A DNA stretch of 64,000 nt, taken from positions 32,001 to 96,000 of the IMG/VR virus record IMGVR_UViG_3300048629_000034, one strand, 5' to 3'. The stretch's first letter is position 1. Each line of letters begins with the position of its first letter. The translations under genes and the position numbers were made by a program. The notes beneath the pieces are model-generated. The model had not been told where the DNA came from, ran no database searches, and was given only the letters and a program-made list of their open reading frames with translations. This DNA is from a virus. Lineage: Duplodnaviria > Caudoviricetes. Of this stretch, positions 49,839 through 59,623 are shown one piece after another.

Positions 49839-50297
49839 ATGAGAGAAATAAATTTTTTATTACAAATAAACGACATGGATCCATCAGGACAAATAAGAAG
49901 AATCTCTAGAGAAATAGAATGTGATAATTACGACAAAATGTCAGTACCAAGATATGTTGATTTCTTCAAAAACGAAATAAAAAAAGCATTAAATATTAAA
50001 CTAGCTCCAAAGTTATTTAGTGACAAAACACATCGTAAGTTCACTATAAAGACAAAAGATCTATTTATAAACCATGCTAATATATCAAGAGATCCATATG
50101 CCATGAACAATGAAATATGGGCAGCAATGACTTTATTTATAGAAGATGATAGAGATAACCCTCATATCGATAGTTTAAATTATTACAAATCACATAATAG
50201 TGATGATGCAGTTCAATTGTTGTATAAAGCAATAGCAAGAAACACAGATACTACAGAAACTATTACAGATAGGATAATTTTACATGACACAAACTAG
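49839..50297 (+). CDS. LHDTN-tail family protein 8
   Basis: Ends RIILHDTN-stop. Confidence 0.75.
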   Translation: MREINFLLQINDMDPSGQIRRISREIECDNYDKMSVPRYVDFFKNEIKKALNIKLAPKLFSDKTHRKFTIKTKDLFINHANISRDPYAMNNEIWAAMTLFIEDDRDNPHIDSLNYYKSHNSDDAVQLLYKAIARNTDTTETITDRIILHDTN

Positions 50298-50655
50298 AAT
50301 TATAGACACTAATAAACTAATAAATTACATAAATAATAAAGCAAGCAATAAGCATGAGTGCATAATCAAAGTAAATTCTAATGATCACTGGATCAGATTA
50401 ATTTTCTCAATATTTGATAATGGTAGTGATATTGGTTTATCACATAGAAATTCTAGTAGAAACCTATGGGCCACTTACTTTAGTAAAGAATCTCATACAA
50501 ATAATTGCATATATTTATTTATTGACAAAAGTAAGTGGCTTTCGTATTCAGAAGAAGGTTTCATAAATGAGCACAATTTAAACGATCATGTAGTTGATTT
50601 TAAATACTTTCTAGTTGAAGACAAACCTAACTTCAAATTACATGATACAAACTAA
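50284..50655 (+). CDS. LHDTN-tail family protein 9
   Basis: Ends NFKLHDTN-stop; ATG inside the previous gene's HDTN codons. Confidence 0.75.
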   Translation: MTQTRIIDTNKLINYINNKASNKHECIIKVNSNDHWIRLIFSIFDNGSDIGLSHRNSSRNLWATYFSKESHTNNCIYLFIDKSKWLSYSEEGFINEHNLNDHVVDFKYFLVEDKPNFKLHDTN

Positions 50656-50666
50656 AAGGATACAAC

Positions 50667-51041
50667 ATGACAGAAAGAGAAATTCTACTTAAATTCGTAA
50701 AGAATGAACTAAAGAAGAATATATCAGATAGAAAAGTAATTATTTGCGAATCATTCATTGAATATTCAAACTTTCTTCATTGGACGGATGCACATAAAGT
50801 AATAACAAATATAAATGACTCAAGAAATGATATGGATGAATGGATAGCGGAATTTGAATTCTACAAAGACACAGGAAAGATAGTAATCTTTTTAGAACTA
50901 AATGACTCTATAGCTATAGACAGTATGAAGTATTTAGAAATGTGCGACCAATACGATGACAGAAGGACAATATATTCTGAAATAATTTCATCATGCAACA
51001 AGGAAAACAAAGATATGTTTATATTACACGACACAAATTAA
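50667..51041 (+). CDS. LHDTN-tail family protein 10
   Basis: Ends MFILHDTN-stop. Confidence 0.75.
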   Translation: MTEREILLKFVKNELKKNISDRKVIICESFIEYSNFLHWTDAHKVITNINDSRNDMDEWIAEFEFYKDTGKIVIFLELNDSIAIDSMKYLEMCDQYDDRRTIYSEIISSCNKENKDMFILHDTN

Positions 51042-51050
51042 GGAGAACCA

Positions 51051-52095
51051 ATGACAACATACAAACAATTAGAAAAACAATGTCAATCTATAGCAAATGA
51101 CTTATCAAATGGTATAGAAGTGACAGAAGATAATGTAGATTACTATCCAGATCTATCTATTGGAGATAATGTCTCTGGACATGATTATTTATCACATGAT
51201 ACACAAGATGATTGGACATATACAATAAGTAGATCAGGGGACTATAGATCAGGAGAAGTAGCAATGGCTTTAGGTGGTCCAAGTATATGGATAAATACAA
51301 ATACAAGAACCGTAGAAGGCTATTGGGGCTCAGATAGAGTAACTATACCATATATTGATAATATTGGCTTAGATGATGCTCTATGTGAGTTTTACGAATG
51401 CGGAATAGGAATGAATCTAAATAAGTAACAAATGATAGACAAAAAAAGGAGAACAATATGGGACGATATTACAGGGACACGATAAATGACGAATTTTCAG
51501 GTAAATTTTATTTTGGAACACAAGATAGTGATGCAGCAGATAGATTTGGAACAACAGCTAATGAACCACAATTCATATATTATTATTATGGCGAAGACGA
51601 CTTAGAAGAGGTACAAGGTGAGTTAAACAATATAGAAGAGTATCTATTGAATGAAATTGGTTCGGAACTATTTGTCAAATACAATATAGCTTCACTAAGA
51701 GGAACCAAGACAGAAACACACATAGATAAGAGATTTAATAATATGTGGGATTTTATGAATAATGATATCGACAAATGTGAGCATATAGATAAAAACAAAT
51801 TTATTTCTGAATTTGCTGATTTTGAACTAGGAGCTAAAATCGAATATGCAATATTAACAAATGGAGAATGTGAACTGGAGTGTGAGTTGTAATGGGAAAT
51901 ATATTAATCACAAACAAAACAGACACACACTTGCTATCTGACAATACAGATCATATTGATATTCATTTAGATGAAGGCAAATATGTAAATATCGTAACAG
52001 CAAACAAGAAATACATTGTTATGGTAGAGAATGGTTCTATATCAGTATATGACGAATCTGATACATTTTTGAATGGAATTGAACTAGGAGAATAA
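51051..52095 (+). other. Three hypothetical ORFs (51051-51428, 51458-51892, 51892-52095)
   Basis: RBS-bearing ORFs; GGPSIWINT and MGRYY...GKFYFGTQDSDAADRFG look like conserved phage hypothetical proteins. Confidence 0.6.
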
Positions 52096-52097
52096 CT

Positions 52098-53045
52098 ATG
52101 TTGCAAACAGCAAATGATGCACCAAACTTTACAATAGTGTTGCCAGTTGATTGTCAGGCAGATTGTGTATTTTGCTCATGGAGAACTAGCAATCAGGACA
52201 AACAGAAAATGGACGATGATAAATTTTTCAAAGCAATTATTCATACATTGAATAATTTGCCATCTAATTGTACAGAATTAACAATTAGTGGGGGAGAACC
52301 AACAACATATCCATATTTAGAGCAAGTATTAAAACTAATACAACTACATAAGAAAGAGAACATTAAAAAAGTAGTATTTACTACAAATGGACAGAATCTA
52401 TATTCCTGGGCTAAGGACAGTCTATTTTTAGATGTAGTGGATTATGTAAACATAAGCAGACATCACTATATCCAAGAAGACAACGACAGAATAATGAGAA
52501 TACGAACTATAAATTGGAATACTATATGTTCAGTATCGGATAGATTATCTAAAGCTGGAATTAGAACCAATATCAATTGTATATTAAGTACATCTGTAAT
52601 GAAAGAATACGATTATGAATTTTTAGCTTGTTTCATAGATTATGCTAGAAATCATAGTATTAATTCTATAACATTTAGAAAAGATTATGATGATGGATTC
52701 GGAATGCATTATCTGGAACAGGAAATACAAGAAACATATAAACCATTGCATATTGGAGAATGCCCTGTATGTAGAAAATCTAAATACCTTATTAATGGTA
52801 TGGAAGTATTATTTACTACATCAGAATTTGAACCAACAGCATACTATGGATCACAATCTATATATGAATTTATACTTCAACCTAACGGAAATCTAACATC
52901 AGATTGGGAAGGAAATAGTACAGTTGAGCTAGATACGAAACCTAAACTTAAACAATGTACTGATAATACTTCTAATCTGAATCTAACTTCTAGAGGATAT
53001 TTAGCAGGCTCTGGTAGAGGATGTGGAAGCAGTGGATGTAGATAA
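52098..53045 (+). CDS. Radical SAM enzyme
   Basis: CQADCVFC, ISGGEPT, TTNG, NISRHHY; Gly/Cys tail. Confidence 0.9.
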   Translation: MLQTANDAPNFTIVLPVDCQADCVFCSWRTSNQDKQKMDDDKFFKAIIHTLNNLPSNCTELTISGGEPTTYPYLEQVLKLIQLHKKENIKKVVFTTNGQNLYSWAKDSLFLDVVDYVNISRHHYIQEDNDRIMRIRTINWNTICSVSDRLSKAGIRTNINCILSTSVMKEYDYEFLACFIDYARNHSINSITFRKDYDDGFGMHYLEQEIQETYKPLHIGECPVCRKSKYLINGMEVLFTTSEFEPTAYYGSQSIYEFILQPNGNLTSDWEGNSTVELDTKPKLKQCTDNTSNLNLTSRGYLAGSGRGCGSSGCR

Positions 53046-53072
53046 ACATATAATAGCATTAGGAGAATAATT

Positions 53073-53411
53073 ATGCCATTCAAACACGAATCTATGCATA
53101 TACCAGCTAAACACGATAAGAGGGTTAAACTATCTGATCAGGATAAGGCAGATATCAAGCGTTTATACTTTAGTGACGACAATCTGAGCCAAAGAGATTT
53201 AGCAAGAATGTATAATGTATCTCGCAGATCTATTATATTTGCTATATATCCTGAGCGTAGAATTGCTAATTATCAAGCTCGTGTAGCTAGAGGTGGAAGC
53301 AAACAGTACTATGACAAGGATAAGCATACGGAAGCTATGAGAACTCATAGGAAACATAAACAGGAATTATACCTTGACGGTAAATTAATTGAACAAACTA
53401 TAGGAGAATAA
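53073..53411 (+). CDS. HTH protein
   Basis: KLSDQDKADIK...LSQRDLARMYNVSRRSI. Confidence 0.7.
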   Translation: MPFKHESMHIPAKHDKRVKLSDQDKADIKRLYFSDDNLSQRDLARMYNVSRRSIIFAIYPERRIANYQARVARGGSKQYYDKDKHTEAMRTHRKHKQELYLDGKLIEQTIGE

Positions 53412-53412
53412 A

Positions 53413-54237
53413 ATGGGCTGCTGGAACGGGACTTGCGGAATAAGTCAGATGAGTATAAATGCAGGTGATCCTGTAAAAGTAATTATGATACAAAATCAGA
53501 TATATGTAGGAGAGGCTGCAGGGTATTGTTATCCAACAGGAAATGCATTGCCTATCTCATTCGCTTTTGATGCTGTATATGATGACTATGGATCATTTGA
53601 AGACATGAATAATGGATTAGGATTCAAATTATTTGAAGAATATTTCAATCATCAATTAAATGTCAGAGATGGTATCAGAATAACAGCAGATGCATTTGGT
53701 GACAAGCATCTCGGAATACCTGAACATGACCATAGTAATCTTACTTCAAAGCAAATTATTGGACTTATCGAACGAGATAGAGTTCTAACTAAAGATGCAT
53801 ATGGAGATAAAGATGGTGTACTTATGGGATTTATGTTTATACATAAAGATATATATGACAGTGTAATTAGAACCAATCAACACATACACGACATGTGCAG
53901 TAAAGAGTTAACAGAACGAAGCACAAGCTGGAGATATGAATACAACGGTCACTCTGTGTTTAATAGTATGAGTAATGTAAATACCCATGCATTTGAATAT
54001 TATTTTGAATTATACTCACAGAACCAAGATCAATATGATCTATCAGAATTTGCTGAGTTGATGTCTGAATTTGTATCTATTACCAAAGCTATGGATATGC
54101 TTCGTAAATCATGGGGTGGACAATCTGGTAAAGGCAGTCAATCTTGTGATTTTGAATATACTAAACGATTAATCGATGGTATGCAAAGACTAATCAAACG
54201 ATATGAAGATGAATATAATCACATTAATGAAGAGTAA
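53413..54237 (+). CDS. Conserved phage hypothetical protein
   Basis: MGCWNGTCGISQMSI...YDDYG; 274 aa. Confidence 0.6.
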   Translation: MGCWNGTCGISQMSINAGDPVKVIMIQNQIYVGEAAGYCYPTGNALPISFAFDAVYDDYGSFEDMNNGLGFKLFEEYFNHQLNVRDGIRITADAFGDKHLGIPEHDHSNLTSKQIIGLIERDRVLTKDAYGDKDGVLMGFMFIHKDIYDSVIRTNQHIHDMCSKELTERSTSWRYEYNGHSVFNSMSNVNTHAFEYYFELYSQNQDQYDLSEFAELMSEFVSITKAMDMLRKSWGGQSGKGSQSCDFEYTKRLIDGMQRLIKRYEDEYNHINEE

Positions 54238-54309
54238 TTTTATTTGCTTATGTATTGGAGGCACCATACCGTAGTTGATACGATATGTTTCATATTGTAT
54301 CATTAGAGC

Positions 54310-54339
54310 TTGACAAAGTGTAACCGTTTACGATACAAT
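54310..54339 (+). promoter_or_regulatory. Sigma70-type promoter with overlapping GATAC[A/G]ATATG repeats
   Basis: TTGACA-N18-TACAAT; inverted pair at about 54274-54302 and a third copy over the -10 box. Confidence 0.6.
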
Positions 54340-54376
54340 ATGATTGAAGTAAATAAACAATCAAAGGACTATCTAT

Positions 54377-54898
54377 ATGAATGATATTATATCTAAAGCA
54401 GTATCTGTTGTCAATCCAGACACAGGGGAAGTCAATGAATACAGTAATGTACTTATTGAGAACAACAAGAAATTCATACAATATAAACGAGGATGGACAC
54501 GAATGTATAGAGACGGAACCAATCACAATATACAACTAGAAAAAGGCAAAGTTATTGAGAAATTTGAGATAGGATATGATGGAATTGTGAGGGAATTACG
54601 AAGCCCATTGGAACATGATATATTTACGGCAATAAGAGATTCGTATATACCAAGAACCAATACAATAATATTTAACCAAACCAAATTAGCTAAAAAATTA
54701 AATACAAGCAGAGTTACGGTTGCTAGAGTAGTTAGAAAATTGAAGGACATGAGTTTTATTCGAATTGATGACGATACATTAAAAATGAATCCATTTATTT
54801 GGATAGCTCCTAATCTGTCGAACGATGATATACATATATTACAAGAAGACTGGAAACGATTAATTGGGTATGAATACATGCAATCACTACAATCATAG
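54377..54898 (+). CDS. RepL-like winged-HTH protein
   Basis: VVNPDTGEV, NQTKLAKKLNTSRVTVARVVRKL...KMNPFI. Confidence 0.65.
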   Translation: MNDIISKAVSVVNPDTGEVNEYSNVLIENNKKFIQYKRGWTRMYRDGTNHNIQLEKGKVIEKFEIGYDGIVRELRSPLEHDIFTAIRDSYIPRTNTIIFNQTKLAKKLNTSRVTVARVVRKLKDMSFIRIDDDTLKMNPFIWIAPNLSNDDIHILQEDWKRLIGYEYMQSLQS

Positions 54899-55125
54899 CA
54901 AAAGCAACCCAGCTCCTGAATTATATTTCCAAGCACGACGGGCTACGAAATGGAGTCTGAAACTTTCCCAACGAGGAGCGTAGCGACGGTAGTTGGTTGG
55001 GAAAGTTCTAAGCGAAATGAAGTCAGTCCGTATGTGCATATGGATTGGTAAATAAATTTGAATCTGAATATATAAAAAGAAAATACAGTCCAATGAATAT
55101 ATTGGTTCTAGCAAAGGAGAATTAA

Positions 55126-55587
55126 ATGAATGATTTATCACACTATCATTATGATAGCAGAGACTACGGTGAAGATGATTATGACTATGTCAAATCTAAA
55201 GCAGACGAGATACTAGAGTCGTGTGACTTTATATATATTATTGGTTCTAGGCAAAGATGGAACGGTACTAGTAATATTACATATATAATAGAACCAATGA
55301 GTCTAACTGGAATATTTCATGATTTTATAGAAGTGTCTGAATTGGTTCTAAATGTATATGAAAATTCAGTTAAAATTGATAATATACATAATGATGGAAC
55401 TAATAGATATGAGTTTATTCCAGTATGTAGCAATAATGCAACAGAAAAGTACCTAGAAGGCATTATCTCATCTTATTCGACTGATTGTATGGATGAATAT
55501 AAAGAATGGCTTATAGAGGAAGAGAACCAACACAACAAAGACAAAGACAATATGATTGAATATATCTTATCTGAGTTAATTGAGTAG
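55126..55587 (+). CDS. Hypothetical acidic protein
   Basis: 153 aa, AGGAG RBS, HNDGTN motif. Confidence 0.55.
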   Translation: MNDLSHYHYDSRDYGEDDYDYVKSKADEILESCDFIYIIGSRQRWNGTSNITYIIEPMSLTGIFHDFIEVSELVLNVYENSVKIDNIHNDGTNRYEFIPVCSNNATEKYLEGIISSYSTDCMDEYKEWLIEEENQHNKDKDNMIEYILSELIE

Positions 55588-55756
55588 GTTAACATCAGGT
55601 GCTGGACTACGTCCATCAATTCGCTTCGCTCATATCCTGCGGAGCTTTGTCCTTCTGACAGACCAATAGAGGGGAAACAGGGGCTTGCAGCCCCTATCTC
55701 CCCTGTTTTGGATTTTCACCCCTCAACCCCAGCTATTGTTATACAGGAATTATGGA

Positions 55757-55938
55757 ATCGCACAAAGTATATATATTATATAAAGAGCGATTTGTATAAA
55801 TGATCAAAATATTACAAATCATAAAATCATAAACAGCACATTAATGTGCGATTTATCAATTATTTTTAGCACATATGTGTGATTTATGTAAAATATCGCA
55901 CATATTTAAGTCAACTTTAAGTAGTTTACTTGTATAAT
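55757..55938 (+). promoter_or_regulatory. Campylobacterota-style promoter with GCACA[T] operator-like repeats
   Basis: TTTAAGTCAACTTTAAGTAGTTTACTTGTATAAT; ATCGCACA/TGTGCGAT copies and the palindrome GCACATTAATGTGC. Confidence 0.55.
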
Positions 55939-55975
55939 TCTTATGTAGACAAAACAACACAAAAAAGGAATTAAT

Positions 55976-56755
55976 ATGACATTTAAAAATGGAGTCAAAA
56001 TATTAGAACAGAATAAATCATTTGAAATAAATGAAGAGCTAGCAGGTGTAGTACCAATGGCGCTACCCGATGATCAGTTAGCATTAAACCATGATATAGC
56101 GGTAAATGGACAATTAGACCCAATTATATTATGGAGAGGAAAAATTGTTGACGGTAGATGTCGTCAAAAGGCATGTTTATCTTGTAATGAAAGAATTAAA
56201 TATAAAGAATTAGTAGATGAAATGACAGAAGATGAAGTTAAGTCATTTGTAAAATCAGTAAACACTAGAAGAAATTTAACTATGACACAGAAAGTAATTG
56301 TAGCATTAAGGGATTACTTAGACAAAAAAAACACTGGCAAAAAAGGAGTATCGTTTCCTAAGATAGCAAAAGAATGGGGAGTGAGCGCCAATATAGTAAA
56401 AAATGCAAAATACATTAGTGAGCATATGCCAGAGCTATTAGAACCATTATTTAATGGACAATCTGTTTCTATAGAAAATTCAAGTGGAAAAGAGATAAAG
56501 ACAACCAAAATAACTAGCATATATGCATATATTAGAAAAATAAACGAAAACGCTACATTAAATGATATTCATGCTTGGGATGAAGATTCTTACATACTTA
56601 CTCAAGAAGGTAAGGAATGGTACTATAAGCAATTAAAATTATGCGGATTAACAGACGTACCACTACAAATAAAAATGAATTATGCGGAATTAGCTAATTA
56701 TAAATTCCATAGCAAACTAAATAGCTTAACTGGTGAAATAATATGTCAAAATTAA
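55976..56755 (+). CDS. ParB/Srx-domain plus HTH protein
   Basis: DIAVNGQLDPII...IVDGRCR, SVNTRRNLT, IAKEWGVS. Confidence 0.8.
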   Translation: MTFKNGVKILEQNKSFEINEELAGVVPMALPDDQLALNHDIAVNGQLDPIILWRGKIVDGRCRQKACLSCNERIKYKELVDEMTEDEVKSFVKSVNTRRNLTMTQKVIVALRDYLDKKNTGKKGVSFPKIAKEWGVSANIVKNAKYISEHMPELLEPLFNGQSVSIENSSGKEIKTTKITSIYAYIRKINENATLNDIHAWDEDSYILTQEGKEWYYKQLKLCGLTDVPLQIKMNYAELANYKFHSKLNSLTGEIICQN

Positions 56756-57531
56756 CTAAAATCACAGAACTAAAAAAAGATAGTAAAGGAGCGTTAGTAG
56801 TAAAAACTTATAAGACATATTACACAATATATAGGATACTTTTTGTTGATGAAACAATGTACATAGGCAAAACATTGAACATAAAAGAAAGACAAAATAC
56901 GCACAATAATAAATGGGGAAAAAATCAAATAAAATCATTTAAAATTTTATTCGGAAAAGAAGAAGATTCATCAAAAGAAAAGAAAATGATAATCAGATAT
57001 ATAGATAAATTTGGAAAAGAAAACATAAGAAATATAAATATTAATCCACAAACAACAATAGCACCTGAAGAGTTAAAAACATTTCCTATATGGGAACATG
57101 AAACAGCATCTCAACTTGCTATACGAGCATGGTATTATTATATTGAACCTACAAATACGTGTACAATGGCAGAAGCTGCAAAGAAATTTGGAGCTTCAAT
57201 AGCAAACATTAAACGTGCAAACAAAATAGGTGGAACGAAATCAAAACATTTTAAGAGACCAGATATTCTTGACATGATTTTTCATGGAGAAAAATTTACG
57301 ATAGAGCATACTAAAACAGACTCTTTAGCTACGATTCAAAATTTCCTAGAACAACAATACCTTGACAGAAAAAGTGAAGAGACAGGAATAAAGTTATCAG
57401 AAGACAACTTGTCAGAAACAGAAGAAGAATTTGTCACAGCAATATTCTTAAAAGTATCAAAAGAATCAATAAGAGTACAAAAAGCAATAGCAAAAAGAAT
57501 TTACTCGTCATCAATTAAATCTGAAGACTAA
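56743..57531 (+). CDS. GIY-YIG nuclease domain fused to a ParB-type HTH region
   Basis: TIYRI...MYIGKT...RQNTH, then SQLAIRA...AAKKFGAS...RPDILDMIFHG...TDSLATI. Confidence 0.65.
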   Translation: MSKLTKITELKKDSKGALVVKTYKTYYTIYRILFVDETMYIGKTLNIKERQNTHNNKWGKNQIKSFKILFGKEEDSSKEKKMIIRYIDKFGKENIRNININPQTTIAPEELKTFPIWEHETASQLAIRAWYYYIEPTNTCTMAEAAKKFGASIANIKRANKIGGTKSKHFKRPDILDMIFHGEKFTIEHTKTDSLATIQNFLEQQYLDRKSEETGIKLSEDNLSETEEEFVTAIFLKVSKESIRVQKAIAKRIYSSSIKSED

Positions 57532-57595
57532 ATAACACTTAGAACCAAACAATACTGACTAATAGCATATGTTTGGTTCTACACAATAAAGGAGA

Positions 57596-58529
57596 ATGAA
57601 TATGACTAAGAGAGAATTATTTAATGACATACATGAATTTGATTGCATGAACAACTCATCAATATATGGACTAGTACACGATATAGTGGATAGAACAATT
57701 GATTACTGTAAATCACAGACTTGTAGTAATTGCAATTGGTATCATACTGAAGTATGCTGTAACGACAGTAGCCCATTATGCGCAGATTTTGTAGATGAGA
57801 ATTATGGGTGTAATTTATGGGAACAAGTAAAGGAGAAATAAATGACACGAGTACTAGATAAATTAATTGATAAGCTAATACAACTTAACAACTATTTGAA
57901 GAGAAAGTATCCAGACAAAGACAAGCAAGCAAGAGGCAAGAAAATATTATTAGATATGATAGAGGAGATGCAAAAATGATAGAAATGTATGCAAATATAG
58001 TAATGGAATCGGTATCGATATTATTAAAATTTATAAAATATGCAATATATATTATGTTCTTTGCTTATATGATTTGGTTCTCGTTCATATACAGATTCGA
58101 ACATACAAAACTTACTGAGACAGAATTACTAAGTGATTTTATCTCAATACCAATAAACAAATTAAAGGCGAAATAATGAATATTTTTACTAAAATAATAA
58201 ATTGTATAGCACCAAAACAATTAGATACTGAAATAAAATACACACCATCGAATAAATTTAAATTAACAATAACTTCGAATGGATCAATAAGAATTAAAAT
58301 TCCTGAAGGGATGAATTCAAATCAAGAGAGAGTTTGGGTTGAGCGTTGTAAATCAATTGGACAACACTTCTTAAAACATCCATTTGAATACACATTACGA
58401 ACAGATGCTCGAATTCCTATGTCTGATATGGTATTAAGAACCAGTGATAAACATCGACAGTTTTTGGTTCGAAATCACAAAGTAACATTAATTGATAAGA
58501 AGGAGAAAATAAAATGGAAAGAAAATTAG
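57596..58529 (+). other. Small hypothetical ORFs (57596-57841 Cys-rich, 57976-58176 TM, 58176-58529)
   Basis: Co-oriented short ORFs. Confidence 0.5.
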
Positions 58530-59623
58530 CAAGTGTTCAAATAATAAAAGAAATCAGACCAATTCCAGGAGCAGATGCAATTGAATTATGCATTGTGAAG
58601 GGTTGGCAATGTGTATCAAAAAAGGGAGAATTTAAAGTTGGAGACACATGTGTTTATTTCGAAATTGATTCTTTTTTACCAATTGAGGATAAATATGAAT
58701 TCTTGAGAAAATCATCATATAAATCTATAAAAAGACCAGATGATTCTATTATGGAAGAAGGTTTTAGATTAAAAACAATTAAATTAAGAGGACAAATTTC
58801 TCAGGGTTTAGTTTTACCTATTGATATATTAGAGCTTGGTGGGAATGATACTGAATTTCAAATAGGAGAAAATGTTACTGAAAAACTTAATGTAACTAAA
58901 TATGACCCACCTCTTCCAGCTCAACTAACAGGCCAAGTTAAAGGAAATTTTCCAAGTTATATTAAAAAAACAGATCAAGAAAGAATCCAAAATATTTTTG
59001 ATGAATTAAAAGAAACAGATAACGACACAGAGTGGGAGGTTTCTATTAAATTAGATGGAACTTCTTGTACCTACTTTATTGTAGACCCTGAAGATTTAGA
59101 TAAATACGATTGTAAAATTAATTTAGAAGACCCAAAAGAAGTTGAGGAATCAAGAAGATTTGGATATGTTGGTCATTGTAGTAGAAACCTTGAAACAAAA
59201 GACACAGGATCAACTCCTTGGAAAATAGGAAGACCTATTTTAGATTCATTACAGTCTGAATTTTTTGGAAGTTTTGCTATTCAAGGTGAACTTATTGGAT
59301 CTGGTATTCAAAAAAATAATGAAGGATTAAAAAACCAAGAATTTTATTGTTTTGATATTTGGGATATAGATAAACAAGAATATATGAGTAAAGAACGTCG
59401 AGACAAAATTTGTAACAGTTGCACGACTTTATCTATTAAACAGGTTCCAATTTTAGGTATTCATAAATTATCAGAATTTGATACAATTGAAGATATTTTG
59501 GCGTTTGCTGATGGACCAAGTTTAAATCCTAATTCTAAAAGAGAAGGTGTTGTGTTTAAGAGTCTAGATGGTAAAAAATCATTTAAGGTTATTAGCAATA
59601 AATGGTTACTGAAAAATGATTAA
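58514..59623 (+). CDS. RNA ligase, DRB0094/Rnl5 family
   Basis: RKLAS...IPGADAIE OB domain, LRGQISQGL, KTDQERIQN, KLDG, QGELIG, REGVV, FKVISN. Confidence 0.92.
   Translation: MERKLASVQIIKEIRPIPGADAIELCIVKGWQCVSKKGEFKVGDTCVYFEIDSFLPIEDKYEFLRKSSYKSIKRPDDSIMEEGFRLKTIKLRGQISQGLVLPIDILELGGNDTEFQIGENVTEKLNVTKYDPPLPAQLTGQVKGNFPSYIKKTDQERIQNIFDELKETDNDTEWEVSIKLDGTSCTYFIVDPEDLDKYDCKINLEDPKEVEESRRFGYVGHCSRNLETKDTGSTPWKIGRPILDSLQSEFFGSFAIQGELIGSGIQKNNEGLKNQEFYCFDIWDIDKQEYMSKERRDKICNSCTTLSIKQVPILGIHKLSEFDTIEDILAFADGPSLNPNSKREGVVFKSLDGKKSFKVISNKWLLKND

Noticed and set aside
38214-51041. LHDTN-coding DNA as an attC-like recombination site or cassette array
   Set aside because: Variation is concentrated at synonymous positions, there is no palindrome, and copies are interleaved with core helicase genes.
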